From Clostridia bacterium (GTDB taxonomy: Bacteria; Bacillota; Clostridia; Oscillospirales; CAG-272): a stretch of DNA of 64,000 bases. Under the pieces are notes generated by a model that searched no databases, was not told where the DNA came from, and saw only the letters and a program-made list of their open reading frames with translations. Below, in pieces: positions 17,381 through 26,011 of the stretch. Every line of letters starts with the position of its first letter. Position 1 is the first letter of the stretch. The DNA lies in assembly GCA_017472305.1 (NCBI GenBank), contig JAFUQP010000002.1:2143-66142 (forward strand). The letters are read 5' to 3'. Made by a program: the position numbers and the translations under genes.

Positions 17381-18757
17381 TCAAATATTCTCCGCAAATT
17401 TGCGAACGGGCTTTCTGTTGTCCATAATCGCTTTAAATACCGCGCTCTCATACTCTCCAAAGAGCGGCACGCCGTCCTTCTCGGGAACACCGAGAACGTC
17501 GGAAATTACCCATACCATTGAGTTCGTGCCGAGAACACCTGCATCCATATCACCTTCAACCGTTCTTGGAATTGCACAGGGCGCACCCTGCATAGTCCAG
17601 GTCGAATATGCCTGAAGATAGGAGAACGAGCCGTCGGGCTTCTTGAATTTCAGAGTCTTGTCCCTCGTAATTCTTATAGCCTCGGGTGCGAGTCTGTAAA
17701 GCTCACAGCGCAGCTTCCTTGAAAGCTCGGGTGAGTAGTGCTCGTCAATGTTAAGCAGCAGCCTCTTGACAGAAACCCAGGGATTCCATACGGTGACTAT
17801 CGTGTCAGGCTCCTCGGGCGACATAATTGCCGCTATTGCCGCCTTCATAGCCTTCTCGGGGTTAGGAACGGGCTTGTGCATCTTGGTGTATGCACAGGCA
17901 ATCTTCATAAGTCCGTTAGAGCCGTAATAGTCGCACTTCTCGTGCCAGATGCCGTTGTCCTCACGCTGATGCGAGTCGAAGAATTCAGCAAGAGCCTCGA
18001 TATACTCGGGGCCGCGAGTCTTAAGCGTTGAAATCTGCTCTGAAAGAACAGAGCCAACGTTATAGCTTCTGTGGTCGAGGTCGAGAGTCGAGAGATACTC
18101 CTTGAAGGCTTCAAGAGTCTTCATATTGTCGGGAATAAGTATGTCGCCGCCCTCGCCGCCGTCGCTCATAGTCGGGTATTTCGGACGTCTGCCGTATCTC
18201 TTAAGAAGAATAAGCGCGCGGTCGTAGTCCCTGCAACGTCTGCCAATGCCGATATTCTTGCCCCATTGCGGATGGTAGAAGAAGCCGTCCTTGTCCTGAA
18301 GGTTCTCAACGAACGCCATCATTTTCTCGCTGTGCTCCTTGCCGAACCACTCGTTTACGTGCTCCTCGTCGGTAAGTCCACAGCTCTCGACGAAATCAAA
18401 AATCGAGTTCATAGCCTCGACAACGGGAAGAAATCCTACGTTATCTCTCGCCGAATGTGTATAGTGGAAGCCCGCCGTTCCGCAAAGCGGGTGATGCTCG
18501 CACTCGCTTTTGCCGTAAAGCTCGTTACAAACGCAAATATCGGGGTCGTAGAGGTTAGCCATCCACTTAATAAGCCCGACGTCATATATTGCGTGAAGCT
18601 CCTTGAACGCCTCGACTATCTCCTTTTTGTTCGGAGCGTCGAGCTTTTCCTCAAAGCGCGCCCACTGTCTTTTCTTTGTTTCAGCATCTCTCGCCTTGAG
18701 CTCGGCTACGAGCTCGGGAGAAAGTCCGTCATCAATACTGCCTATAAATTTTTCCAT
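17381..18757 (-). CDS. Cytoplasmic alpha/alpha-toroid (prenyltransferase/terpenoid-cyclase-like repeat) protein, 458 aa; a full-length paralog of an internal domain of the 1629-aa lipoprotein
   Basis: Q-x-x-(D/N)G-x-(F/W) repeats are present (LQDKDGFFYHPQW, HQREDNGIWHE). It is colinear with residues ~225-690 of ORF 20746..25668: LYDP...SARDN.GFLP, QD..G.FYHPQW, LAPEAI...FKK.DGS. Confidence 0.8.
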   Translation of the reverse strand: MEKFIGSIDDGLSPELVAELKARDAETKKRQWARFEEKLDAPNKKEIVEAFKELHAIYDVGLIKWMANLYDPDICVCNELYGKSECEHHPLCGTAGFHYTHSARDNVGFLPVVEAMNSIFDFVESCGLTDEEHVNEWFGKEHSEKMMAFVENLQDKDGFFYHPQWGKNIGIGRRCRDYDRALILLKRYGRRPKYPTMSDGGEGGDILIPDNMKTLEAFKEYLSTLDLDHRSYNVGSVLSEQISTLKTRGPEYIEALAEFFDSHQREDNGIWHEKCDYYGSNGLMKIACAYTKMHKPVPNPEKAMKAAIAAIMSPEEPDTIVTVWNPWVSVKRLLLNIDEHYSPELSRKLRCELYRLAPEAIRITRDKTLKFKKPDGSFSYLQAYSTWTMQGAPCAIPRTVEGDMDAGVLGTNSMVWVISDVLGVPEKDGVPLFGEYESAVFKAIMDNRKPVRKFAENI

Positions 18758-18768
18758 TTCTGTTCACC

Positions 18769-18815
18769 AAAAAATCATAGAAGCGGCAGCCGCACCTTCA
18801 GGAACGACTGCCGCT
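18769..18815 (-). terminator. Terminator after the 542-aa secreted-protein gene
   Basis: On the - strand: AGCGGCAGTCG...CGGCTGCCGCT, then TCTATGATTTTTT. Confidence 0.6.
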
Positions 18816-18875
18816 AAAGTTCACTTAACAGCCGCTGTATGTAAGCTTCTGTTTACTTTTCAATTACTGTGCCTA

Positions 18876-20504
18876 TTAGTTAGGAGCCTTGTATTCCTTA
18901 CAAATCTTTGCACCGCAAACGTTGTCGACATAGAATTCAACGTTTCTAAAGCGAGCATCGAACATAAGGCTTGCAGTATTATAATCCGCAACCGTCTTTC
19001 CGGTAGCAGTAGCGAATGAGCCTACACATACACCGTCAATATAAACAAGGCAGGTATTGGCATCGGTATAAACCTCGTATGTAATACGGTACCAAGTGTT
19101 AGCAAGAAGGTCATACTTGGAATCTGTCACGCCGGGAAGGCGAAGGGCGTTCTCTCCCTTTGCACTCTTGTACTTTGTGCTTGTTTCATCGTATGCCTTA
19201 ACACCGTCAAGATCAATTGTCTGTACACCCTTCTGAAGAGTCTTTGTAAGAGTGTTATATGACTTGCCGGAAGATGACGTTAGGTCGTCCGAATTCATAA
19301 GGAAGTAAACAGTTCCGGAATCGGTATCCGACTCATTGTTATAATAAACGTCAGCTCCATTGTAGTAGAAGTCATACTCAAATACTACGCAATTTGCACT
19401 TTCCGAGGTTGTCTTGTATATCGGGAAATGAAGCAAGGTTTGTGTACCCGTCTCACCTGACTCAACCGAAGGCTTGCTACCGCCGATTATCGCACCGTAC
19501 TTCTCAAATCCGGAGTCCTTAAGAAGATATGCGCAACTATTCTTTGAGAAGTTGGTATGAGCCACGTAGTTGTTACCACCGTTTCCAATGAAATCCTTCC
19601 ACGTCCAGCCGTCCATCGTGTAAGCAGAATCACCTATCTCGTCAAAGTACTTACCAGCAGTAACGCCTATCTCGTAAGGAATTACAACGGTATTGCCGGT
19701 TACGGTGATAGTGTCGCCGTCGTTTGCAACCTTGCGGTCAATCTCAACGCCGTTCTGACCGTAGGTGAAAATGCTCCAGCCCTTGATAGCCTCGGTGTCG
19801 TTTGCGTTAAGGGTGATAGAGGTATTAGCCTCAACGAAGCCGCGGTCTGCGGTAGCCTCACCTGCGGTGAAGGTGCCGTCAAGCACGGAAACGTAGGTAT
19901 ACTCCTTAACGAGTCTTTCTCTCTCTGCCTCTGCCTTACCATAGTTTACGTGAAGGTTCTGAGCCGCGGAGCCCATATCGAGCATACCAAAGTAGAACTC
20001 CTTCTGATAGTAGGAATAGAGGTCGGCGTCCTCCTCGGAAGCGAGAACTGCGCCATCTCTGTAAAGACGCTCAAACGCGTACTCCATTACGCTATAGGTG
20101 ATAACCTTCTTTGCTCCTGCCGACTCGGTTTCGATATACCAAACGTCAGCGAAGTCCTTTGCGGCAACGCCTGCGGTGGTGAATACGATTACCGCGGTTT
20201 CGGGAGTTCTGTCGCCGTCGAGGTCGATGTCCTCGGTAGCGGTTTTAGCCTTTGTTTCCTCAAAAGCGAGCTTTGCCTCTTGCTCAGAGGGGTCTCTGTC
20301 GTATACGCGGAGAGTTACGTCCTCGCCTGCGACGGTTGCGGGGTCAACTGCGAACATAAGGCAGAAATCGCCTGTGTCCATAACGTTCTTACTGATAATT
20401 TCGGGTGCTGCATTCTCGGCACTTACGGAAATTCCTACCGCACCGCCCACGAGAAGCGCGAGCGAAAGCACGAGAAGCAGGAGTTTTGTTACGCGATTTT
20501 TCAT
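18876..20504 (-). CDS. Secreted protein, 542 aa, with a C-terminal LamG/ConA-like module
   Basis: Signal peptide MKNRVTKLLLLVLSLALLVGGAVGISVSA. The C-terminal WYRITYEVYTDANTCLVYIDGVCVG...FYVDNV matches the LamG-type pattern. Confidence 0.8.
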   Translation of the reverse strand: MKNRVTKLLLLVLSLALLVGGAVGISVSAENAAPEIISKNVMDTGDFCLMFAVDPATVAGEDVTLRVYDRDPSEQEAKLAFEETKAKTATEDIDLDGDRTPETAVIVFTTAGVAAKDFADVWYIETESAGAKKVITYSVMEYAFERLYRDGAVLASEEDADLYSYYQKEFYFGMLDMGSAAQNLHVNYGKAEAERERLVKEYTYVSVLDGTFTAGEATADRGFVEANTSITLNANDTEAIKGWSIFTYGQNGVEIDRKVANDGDTITVTGNTVVIPYEIGVTAGKYFDEIGDSAYTMDGWTWKDFIGNGGNNYVAHTNFSKNSCAYLLKDSGFEKYGAIIGGSKPSVESGETGTQTLLHFPIYKTTSESANCVVFEYDFYYNGADVYYNNESDTDSGTVYFLMNSDDLTSSSGKSYNTLTKTLQKGVQTIDLDGVKAYDETSTKYKSAKGENALRLPGVTDSKYDLLANTWYRITYEVYTDANTCLVYIDGVCVGSFATATGKTVADYNTASLMFDARFRNVEFYVDNVCGAKICKEYKAPN

Positions 20505-20563
20505 TTTCTTTGTTCCTTTCGTTTAAGTTTAGTTTGTTTTTGTGTTTGTGGATAAATCTGCCG

Positions 20564-20701
20564 TCAGCTTCCTGTCCAACCGCCGCCGTTTTTATCCGGC
20601 TCTCCAAGCGTAGGAATTATCAGGCTTGTTGCTATCACGTCGCTGTCCTTAAAGCTCGTCACCGTAAGAATCGGCTCTGTGTAGCCTTTCTTTTCCTTCA
20701 T
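20564..20701 (-). CDS. Small ORF of 45 aa between the giant lipoprotein gene and the 542-aa gene
   Basis: My own translation gives MKEKKGYTEPILTVTSFKDSDVIATSLIIPTLGEPDKNGGGWTGS. AAAGGAG lies 8 nt upstream. An in-frame alternative ATG is at 20719. It is too short for the ORF track. Confidence 0.55.
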   Translation of the reverse strand: MKEKKGYTEPILTVTSFKDSDVIATSLIIPTLGEPDKNGGGWTGS

Positions 20702-20745
20702 AGTCGGCGCTCCTTTCATAGTTTTTTATTGTTTTGCGTTTGATT

Positions 20746-23700
20746 TTATTTAATCCATTCTTCAGGCGAGGGCGTATAGCTTCCCGTCCAGCCCGAGCCG
20801 TCAACGCTGTCGCTTTCGTCGGGGGTGGTGGGAATATTGCCTATATCGTCAAATCCAACGTCGGCGTCGGGGTTGCTCGGGCCCTGATAGGAGTAATCGG
20901 GCTTCTCGTCGGGGTCTACGCTGTCGCCGCCCGTGTTATCGCCGCCGGGATTATCGCCGCCGGGGTTGTCGCCGCCTGTACCGGGTGTGTCACCGCCCTC
21001 GTCGGGGTCGGGGTCGGGGGTATTGGTGTCAGAGAGCGCCGCCGCGTGATAGAGCTTCACGTCGTCAAAGAGGAGCATACCCTCTGCCGCCTGCGACGTA
21101 TAGAAGCGAATGCCGGTCACCTTGTCTGCGGTGATGGGTGTTTCGTAGAAGTAGCTTATCGTACTAGTTGAAACGTAGGAGTCGTTGACGAAGATATTGA
21201 CGTTCAGTATGCCGTCAACTACTGCGTACTCAAGGCGGAGCTTGAAGAGCTTTTCCTCGCTTCCTATAGTAGTCGTATCTATTGTACCTAACTTGCCTAT
21301 CGTATCGCCAACCGTCACGGCACCGCCGCCGCGCTTGAAGCCGAGGTTGCAGTACCATACCTTGTTGCCGTCGGAATTCAGAAGGTAGACCTCAACCGAG
21401 GAGGAAGCCTTCGAGTCGTAGCAGTCGAGGTAGAGATAGCTCTCGTAAACCGTCACAAGTGCAGACGAGCTCTTGTCGGCTGCCTTCATATAGAAGTTAA
21501 GGGTATCGTTGCCGCCCGTGGAGGTGCGAAGCGAGAGGAACTTCGAATATATCGGATTTCCGTCCCCGTCCTTGCCAACCTCAAGTCCCTTAACGCCGAG
21601 CTGCGCCTTTGCGGAGCGAGCTTCAAACTTCGTGTCGGGTATGGGATTATTCGGGTGCGCGTTCTCAAAGTCAAATCCGTTATCGGGAGTAAGCACGACG
21701 TTCGAGAAAGGATTTTCTACGTAGAAGGCTATAGTGTTCTCGCAGATTACGTCGTCAAGCGTTACACCGCCCGAGCCCGAAACGTTGGTTACCGTGAGAT
21801 ATGCGGGAGTAAGATTTTCACTTCCGTATATGTGTGTCAGAGTGTTTAGGGCAACGAGCTTTCTGCCAACGTAGGCAGTCATCATTCCCTCGTCAATCAT
21901 ATAGAGAAATTCAAGCTCAAAGCCGCTCGAGCCTACTGTGCTTCGCGAGAGAACAGCGCCATTACCGCCCGCGTAATACTCAGAGAGGGTTACGCTCCTG
22001 CCCTTAATCTCGACGTCGAGATTTATTATGGGGGTGCCGTCGTCACTGTGAAGAGTAAATCTGTAGGTTCCGCTTGCCGAGGAGGTTGCGCTGAGCGCTC
22101 CGACGAATCTTAAGGTGTTCTTAACGACGCTTCTGTCGGTCGGAAGGAGCTTCAAGGAAGCACCCGTAGAGCCAAGCTTCCCGCGCTCGCTCTGTATAGC
22201 CGCGCCGCCTGTGAGAGATACGAGGGAGTCCTCACCCTTGAAGGTGTGAACTATCGAGTCGTTTGTCGGGGAAACTCTGTCAAGGAAGTCAAGCTCGTCA
22301 CGCTCAAAGATAAGGTTGTCGAGCATAACAGTACCGACACCGCCCTTTACCGGGGTAATCTCAAGCAGCTCTGCTCTGTACTGCTGCGCACCTGCACAGA
22401 CCTGTGAGCTCATTCCAAGCAAAGTATCGTTTACATAAACGAGGATTGCAGGCTCTTCGGTGAAGTATTCAAGGCGAAGCTTGAAGCTCTCGCCCACGGG
22501 AACCTCAAAGCCCTTTACCGCGCCGCCCGCCGCTCCGTCGGGAGCCTCGACGAGCCTTACGACCTTGCCGCCGGACACGCTCGCTACCGCGAGGTCAAAG
22601 CAGGTTACGTCGTTGAGCCTCGAGTTGTTTTCACGCGTTGTGAGCCTTAGCACCGTGCCATTAGCATCTGCCGATACGGTAACGTCGCTCTCAAAGACCA
22701 TAGCGCGGGATTTGTTGCTTCTTACGTTAATAGGTAGGCTTACCTTGTACTCCGCACCCGCATTAATCGAGAGAGCGCGCGAGCCTGTCACGGAGTTTTC
22801 GGCAAGGGTCACCGCGTCCGCGTCGCCCTCGACGGTAAATACAGACGGAAGACCGTCGCCGTCAAATCTGTGCGTTTCCCTGCCCCTTGATGGTGCGTCG
22901 ATATTAATAGGCGCACTCTTCTCGACCTCATAGACCTGGCTTGTTCCGTAGCAGGCAACGTTATCCATCCAGAGCGTTGCCTCACAGCCCGTTACCGCAA
23001 TAATATTCGTGAAGGAGAAGGACTGCCTCGGCTCCGCCTCGCCCGAGAGCTTCGCTCCCGAGTCGTCGAAGAAGTTATCGGTTACCGCGATAAGCTCGCC
23101 GTTGAAGTAAAGCTTCGCTCTCACGGTTTCCTTGTCGCCCTTGAAGTAGACCATCTTGAAGTTGAACCACTCGCCAACCTTTGCTACGGCGTCAATCTCG
23201 GTTCGTACCTCAAATGAGGGCTTACGCGAGGAGCATTCCCACATTCTGACCTCGTCGCACGTGATGTTAAGCGTTACCATATAAACCGAGTCCTGCATAA
23301 GTATCTGGAACTCGGCGTCCCTCTTGCTCTTTTCGGGAACGCAGAAATCGGCTTCAAAGACGTAGCAGGTGGTATTCGGTGCAACGCCCGCCGCCTTAAT
23401 CTCGAGCGCTTCGTAGCAACCGAGCGCGGTGTCGAACTCCATAGCAAGGTTTGCGGGTTCGCCCTTTATGGGTGCGGCTACTACGCTGAGTGAGCCATCC
23501 GAAAGAGAGGTAGCGTTTACTCCGACAGGCTTTCCGCCGACGGTATCGTTATCAAAGTGAATGTAATCAACCTTAATCTCGCCCGAGTCCTTTACAATTT
23601 CGCCGAGTCCCTCGAGCCTCTTGACAAGCCTCATATAGTCGGCTCTCGTAAATATTCTCGGCATGATATCAATCGTGCCCGTGGTCTTGAAGAAGTCCTC

Positions 23701-25635
23701 AACAAGTCCGCCCATAGTGAGGGTGGTGGAGTTAATATCGCCCTCGTCAACGTTCGGAACGGCAACCTTCATACTCTGGCTCGTAGAGGTGTTCTGCCCA
23801 ATAAGATAGGTTATAGAGCCGTCGTTTTTCTTGAAAATAGCCTGCTTCTGGGTCGTTGCGTTGATTGCCTCGGGGGCAAGGGCAAGCATCTTGTCACGAA
23901 CCTCAGCGTACTGCGCCTTTTCCTCGGGGGTTTCGGAGTAGTCGCGAAGGTTAATCATAGTCTGGTTAAGCGAGCCCCACACGTTGTAGGTATAGAGAAC
24001 CGTTTCAACAGGCTGCTCCGAGGTCAGCATCGCTACTATAGACTCAATCGCAAGCGCCGCGCGCGGCACGGGAGCCTCGAGCTTGTTGTATACGTTTATC
24101 GCCTTGTAGTATGCGTTGGTGTTCGCGTAGGTGAGTCCCTCGTCCCAGAGTCCCGTTTCGGGGTTCTGATGCGCCGAGAGCCACTCTATCTCTATCTCTG
24201 CAAGAGAGTAACTCGCACCCTCTGCGCGAAGCTCCGCATCTCTTGCCAGCAGCTGCGTTGTGTTGGTGGTAAGCTCGTTTGCAATCTGATAGAAGGAGCG
24301 GTAGTTCGAGTGAGTTTTATCGAGCTTGTTCCTTGCCGAGAGGTCGTCAAGGTAGGCTCTGAATTTCGCCTCGCTGGTCAGCTGCTCAAATCCCGCGATA
24401 GTCGAGGTCGCGACAACGCGAGAGGCAAGAATTGCAGCATTTCTGCCCGAAAGCCTCGGAGAAAGGCGCGAATAGGTGGTCGGAGCAACGCCGCCAACGT
24501 AGCTGCCGTCGGCTAAAATGCCGTCACCCTTGACCCCCGTCGGTGTGTCGTAGGTGGGAAGCGCGTAAAAGCGTTCAAGCACCTGCACGGCGCTTCCTAC
24601 GTCACGGCCCATACGCTGAGTGTTTTTCTCAAGCTCCTCTCTGTCCCACTGCGGGTGATAGAAGTAACCGTTCGGGTCCTGGAGCCCCTTCGCAAACCTT
24701 ACAATCTGTTTACCGAACCAATCGGGGAAATCGTGACTGCCCGTCATACCGGAGCTGACGAAGAAGCCGAGAGCCTGCGCGGTTGACTCAATATCGGGAA
24801 GGAAGCCCTCGGTGTTTCTCGCCGAGTTCGAGAAGTAGAAGCCGCCGATGTACGGGTCGTAGAGGTCTGCAAACCAATCGACGACGTTGTCGGTGCATAT
24901 ATAATCGTAGTAAGAGCGTATCGCCGCTGCAAACTCCTCGTGGTTCGGGGTCCTCTTAGCAAGCTCCTCCTCGAAGGTCGCCCACTTTGCCGCCTGCGTT
25001 ACAGCGTCAAGCTCCTCCTGGTACTCTATTACGTCATAGGCAAGGTATCTTACTCTGCCCTCTTTCGGGGCAAGCACCTTACTGTCGCCTATTAGCTCGT
25101 CAATAAGACAGGAGAAGGCTCGAGTTTCGGCGGATTTTGATGTGTAGGTTTCACCGTCAAAGACAACTGCGAGCGACTCGCCGTCAGAGTAGATAACGTA
25201 ACCGACGTAGCCCTCGCGGTATTCCTTGATACGCTCGAGGTACCTGTATGCAAGCTTTGAAATCTCTCTTGAGGACTGACCGATTACAATCTCGTGAGCC
25301 TTAGCGCTTGACGTGTTATCGGCTACGGTAACCGCAACACCCGTTGCCGCCTCGATTTTCTCAATAAGCCTTTCTGTGTCGGCGTATTCGCCGTCGGTGA
25401 CAACCGTCACGGCAGTGCCCGGGGCAAATACGTATCTGTCGGGAATCACTCCGTCAGACGAGTCACCGGAGCCGGAATTATCGCCCGAGCCCGAGTCGCC
25501 CGAGCCGGAATTGCCCGAGCCGGAATTGCCGGAGCCCGAGTCACCCGAGCCTTCGTCACCGTCGCCGCCTATCTTGCACGCGTAAAGCGAGAAAACCAGC
25601 GAAAGCATCAAAAATATGTATAGTAGCTTTTTCAT
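20746..25635 (-). CDS. Giant surface lipoprotein, 1629 aa. Order of parts: lipobox, GS-rich linker, N-terminal domain, alpha/alpha-toroid domain, at least 4 LamG-like modules, GGDNP linker, C-terminal tail.
   Basis: MKKLLYIFLMLSLVFSLYAC lipobox; the start was moved to ATG 25635. Recurrent modules: FNFKMVYF..LYFNGELI..MDNV, FKLRLEYF..VYVNDTLL..LDNL, FELEFLYM..AYVGRKLV, FKLRLEYA..IFVNDSYV..FDDV. Confidence 0.85.
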   Translation of the reverse strand: MKKLLYIFLMLSLVFSLYACKIGGDGDEGSGDSGSGNSGSGNSGSGDSGSGDNSGSGDSSDGVIPDRYVFAPGTAVTVVTDGEYADTERLIEKIEAATGVAVTVADNTSSAKAHEIVIGQSSREISKLAYRYLERIKEYREGYVGYVIYSDGESLAVVFDGETYTSKSAETRAFSCLIDELIGDSKVLAPKEGRVRYLAYDVIEYQEELDAVTQAAKWATFEEELAKRTPNHEEFAAAIRSYYDYICTDNVVDWFADLYDPYIGGFYFSNSARNTEGFLPDIESTAQALGFFVSSGMTGSHDFPDWFGKQIVRFAKGLQDPNGYFYHPQWDREELEKNTQRMGRDVGSAVQVLERFYALPTYDTPTGVKGDGILADGSYVGGVAPTTYSRLSPRLSGRNAAILASRVVATSTIAGFEQLTSEAKFRAYLDDLSARNKLDKTHSNYRSFYQIANELTTNTTQLLARDAELRAEGASYSLAEIEIEWLSAHQNPETGLWDEGLTYANTNAYYKAINVYNKLEAPVPRAALAIESIVAMLTSEQPVETVLYTYNVWGSLNQTMINLRDYSETPEEKAQYAEVRDKMLALAPEAINATTQKQAIFKKNDGSITYLIGQNTSTSQSMKVAVPNVDEGDINSTTLTMGGLVEDFFKTTGTIDIMPRIFTRADYMRLVKRLEGLGEIVKDSGEIKVDYIHFDNDTVGGKPVGVNATSLSDGSLSVVAAPIKGEPANLAMEFDTALGCYEALEIKAAGVAPNTTCYVFEADFCVPEKSKRDAEFQILMQDSVYMVTLNITCDEVRMWECSSRKPSFEVRTEIDAVAKVGEWFNFKMVYFKGDKETVRAKLYFNGELIAVTDNFFDDSGAKLSGEAEPRQSFSFTNIIAVTGCEATLWMDNVACYGTSQVYEVEKSAPINIDAPSRGRETHRFDGDGLPSVFTVEGDADAVTLAENSVTGSRALSINAGAEYKVSLPINVRSNKSRAMVFESDVTVSADANGTVLRLTTRENNSRLNDVTCFDLAVASVSGGKVVRLVEAPDGAAGGAVKGFEVPVGESFKLRLEYFTEEPAILVYVNDTLLGMSSQVCAGAQQYRAELLEITPVKGGVGTVMLDNLIFERDELDFLDRVSPTNDSIVHTFKGEDSLVSLTGGAAIQSERGKLGSTGASLKLLPTDRSVVKNTLRFVGALSATSSASGTYRFTLHSDDGTPIINLDVEIKGRSVTLSEYYAGGNGAVLSRSTVGSSGFELEFLYMIDEGMMTAYVGRKLVALNTLTHIYGSENLTPAYLTVTNVSGSGGVTLDDVICENTIAFYVENPFSNVVLTPDNGFDFENAHPNNPIPDTKFEARSAKAQLGVKGLEVGKDGDGNPIYSKFLSLRTSTGGNDTLNFYMKAADKSSSALVTVYESYLYLDCYDSKASSSVEVYLLNSDGNKVWYCNLGFKRGGGAVTVGDTIGKLGTIDTTTIGSEEKLFKLRLEYAVVDGILNVNIFVNDSYVSTSTISYFYETPITADKVTGIRFYTSQAAEGMLLFDDVKLYHAAALSDTNTPDPDPDEGGDTPGTGGDNPGGDNPGGDNTGGDSVDPDEKPDYSYQGPSNPDADVGFDDIGNIPTTPDESDSVDGSGWTGSYTPSPEEWIK

Positions 25636-25685
25636 AGTTCTTCCTTTCTGCCGCGTATCTGAAGGCAAGCCGACGTTAATCCGTC

Positions 25686-25703
25686 AACTAACCGTTTAGT
25701 TAC
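25686..25703 (-). promoter_or_regulatory. Operator-like motif, copy 3, upstream of the giant lipoprotein gene
   Basis: The - strand reads GTAACTAAACGGTTAGTT, 51 nt upstream of ATG 25635. It matches copies at 30253 and 31097. Confidence 0.5.
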
Positions 25704-25881
25704 CTCGGCGGGAAAATCAAACGCAATTAGAGGAGTACGCCGCTTCTTTGGCTCGCGCCGACAAGATTTTCAAGTCATACTAATTGCGTTACTGTGGAAT
25801 AGATTGTTCTATTATTAATCAAAAGAGTTATATATCTATATATATTATAACACATTACTTCCTTATAAACAAGCCAAAAAT

Positions 25882-25911
25882 GTTCGTGATTTTCAATAAA
25901 AAATCACGAAC
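25882..25911. terminator. Hairpin terminator downstream of the catabolic operon
   Basis: GTTCGTGATTTT caataa AAAATCACGAAC, with an A-run before it and a T-rich tract after it. Confidence 0.65.
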
Positions 25912-26011
25912 ACTTTTGTTCAAACAGAATATCTGTGAGGAAATTTGTTTAGCTTTTGAGAAAGTCTTTGCCAAATAATTTGGTAGCAAAAACTCAAAAA
26001 AAATCAAGTTC

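Noticed and set aside
19557-20555. A 332-aa + strand ORF, and similar long antisense ORFs (23557-24516, 20734-21171, 22460-22933)
   Set aside because: All lie opposite the well-supported secreted-protein genes. Their translations are Val/Gly/Cys-rich nonsense with no start context.
25450-25575. Short DNA repeats that could be mistaken for a CRISPR or VNTR locus
   Set aside because: They are in-frame and code for the Gly/Ser/Asp linker of the lipoprotein. There are no unique spacers of constant length, and no cas genes are present.
25729-25791. The 11-bp inverted repeat AACGCAATTAG ... CTAATTGCGTT, about 41 nt apart, upstream of the giant lipoprotein gene
   Set aside because: It is real in the sequence. 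However, I cannot tell whether it is a second terminator for the upstream operon, a 5' UTR structure or a protein site, and I found no second copy. It is not promoted to a finding.
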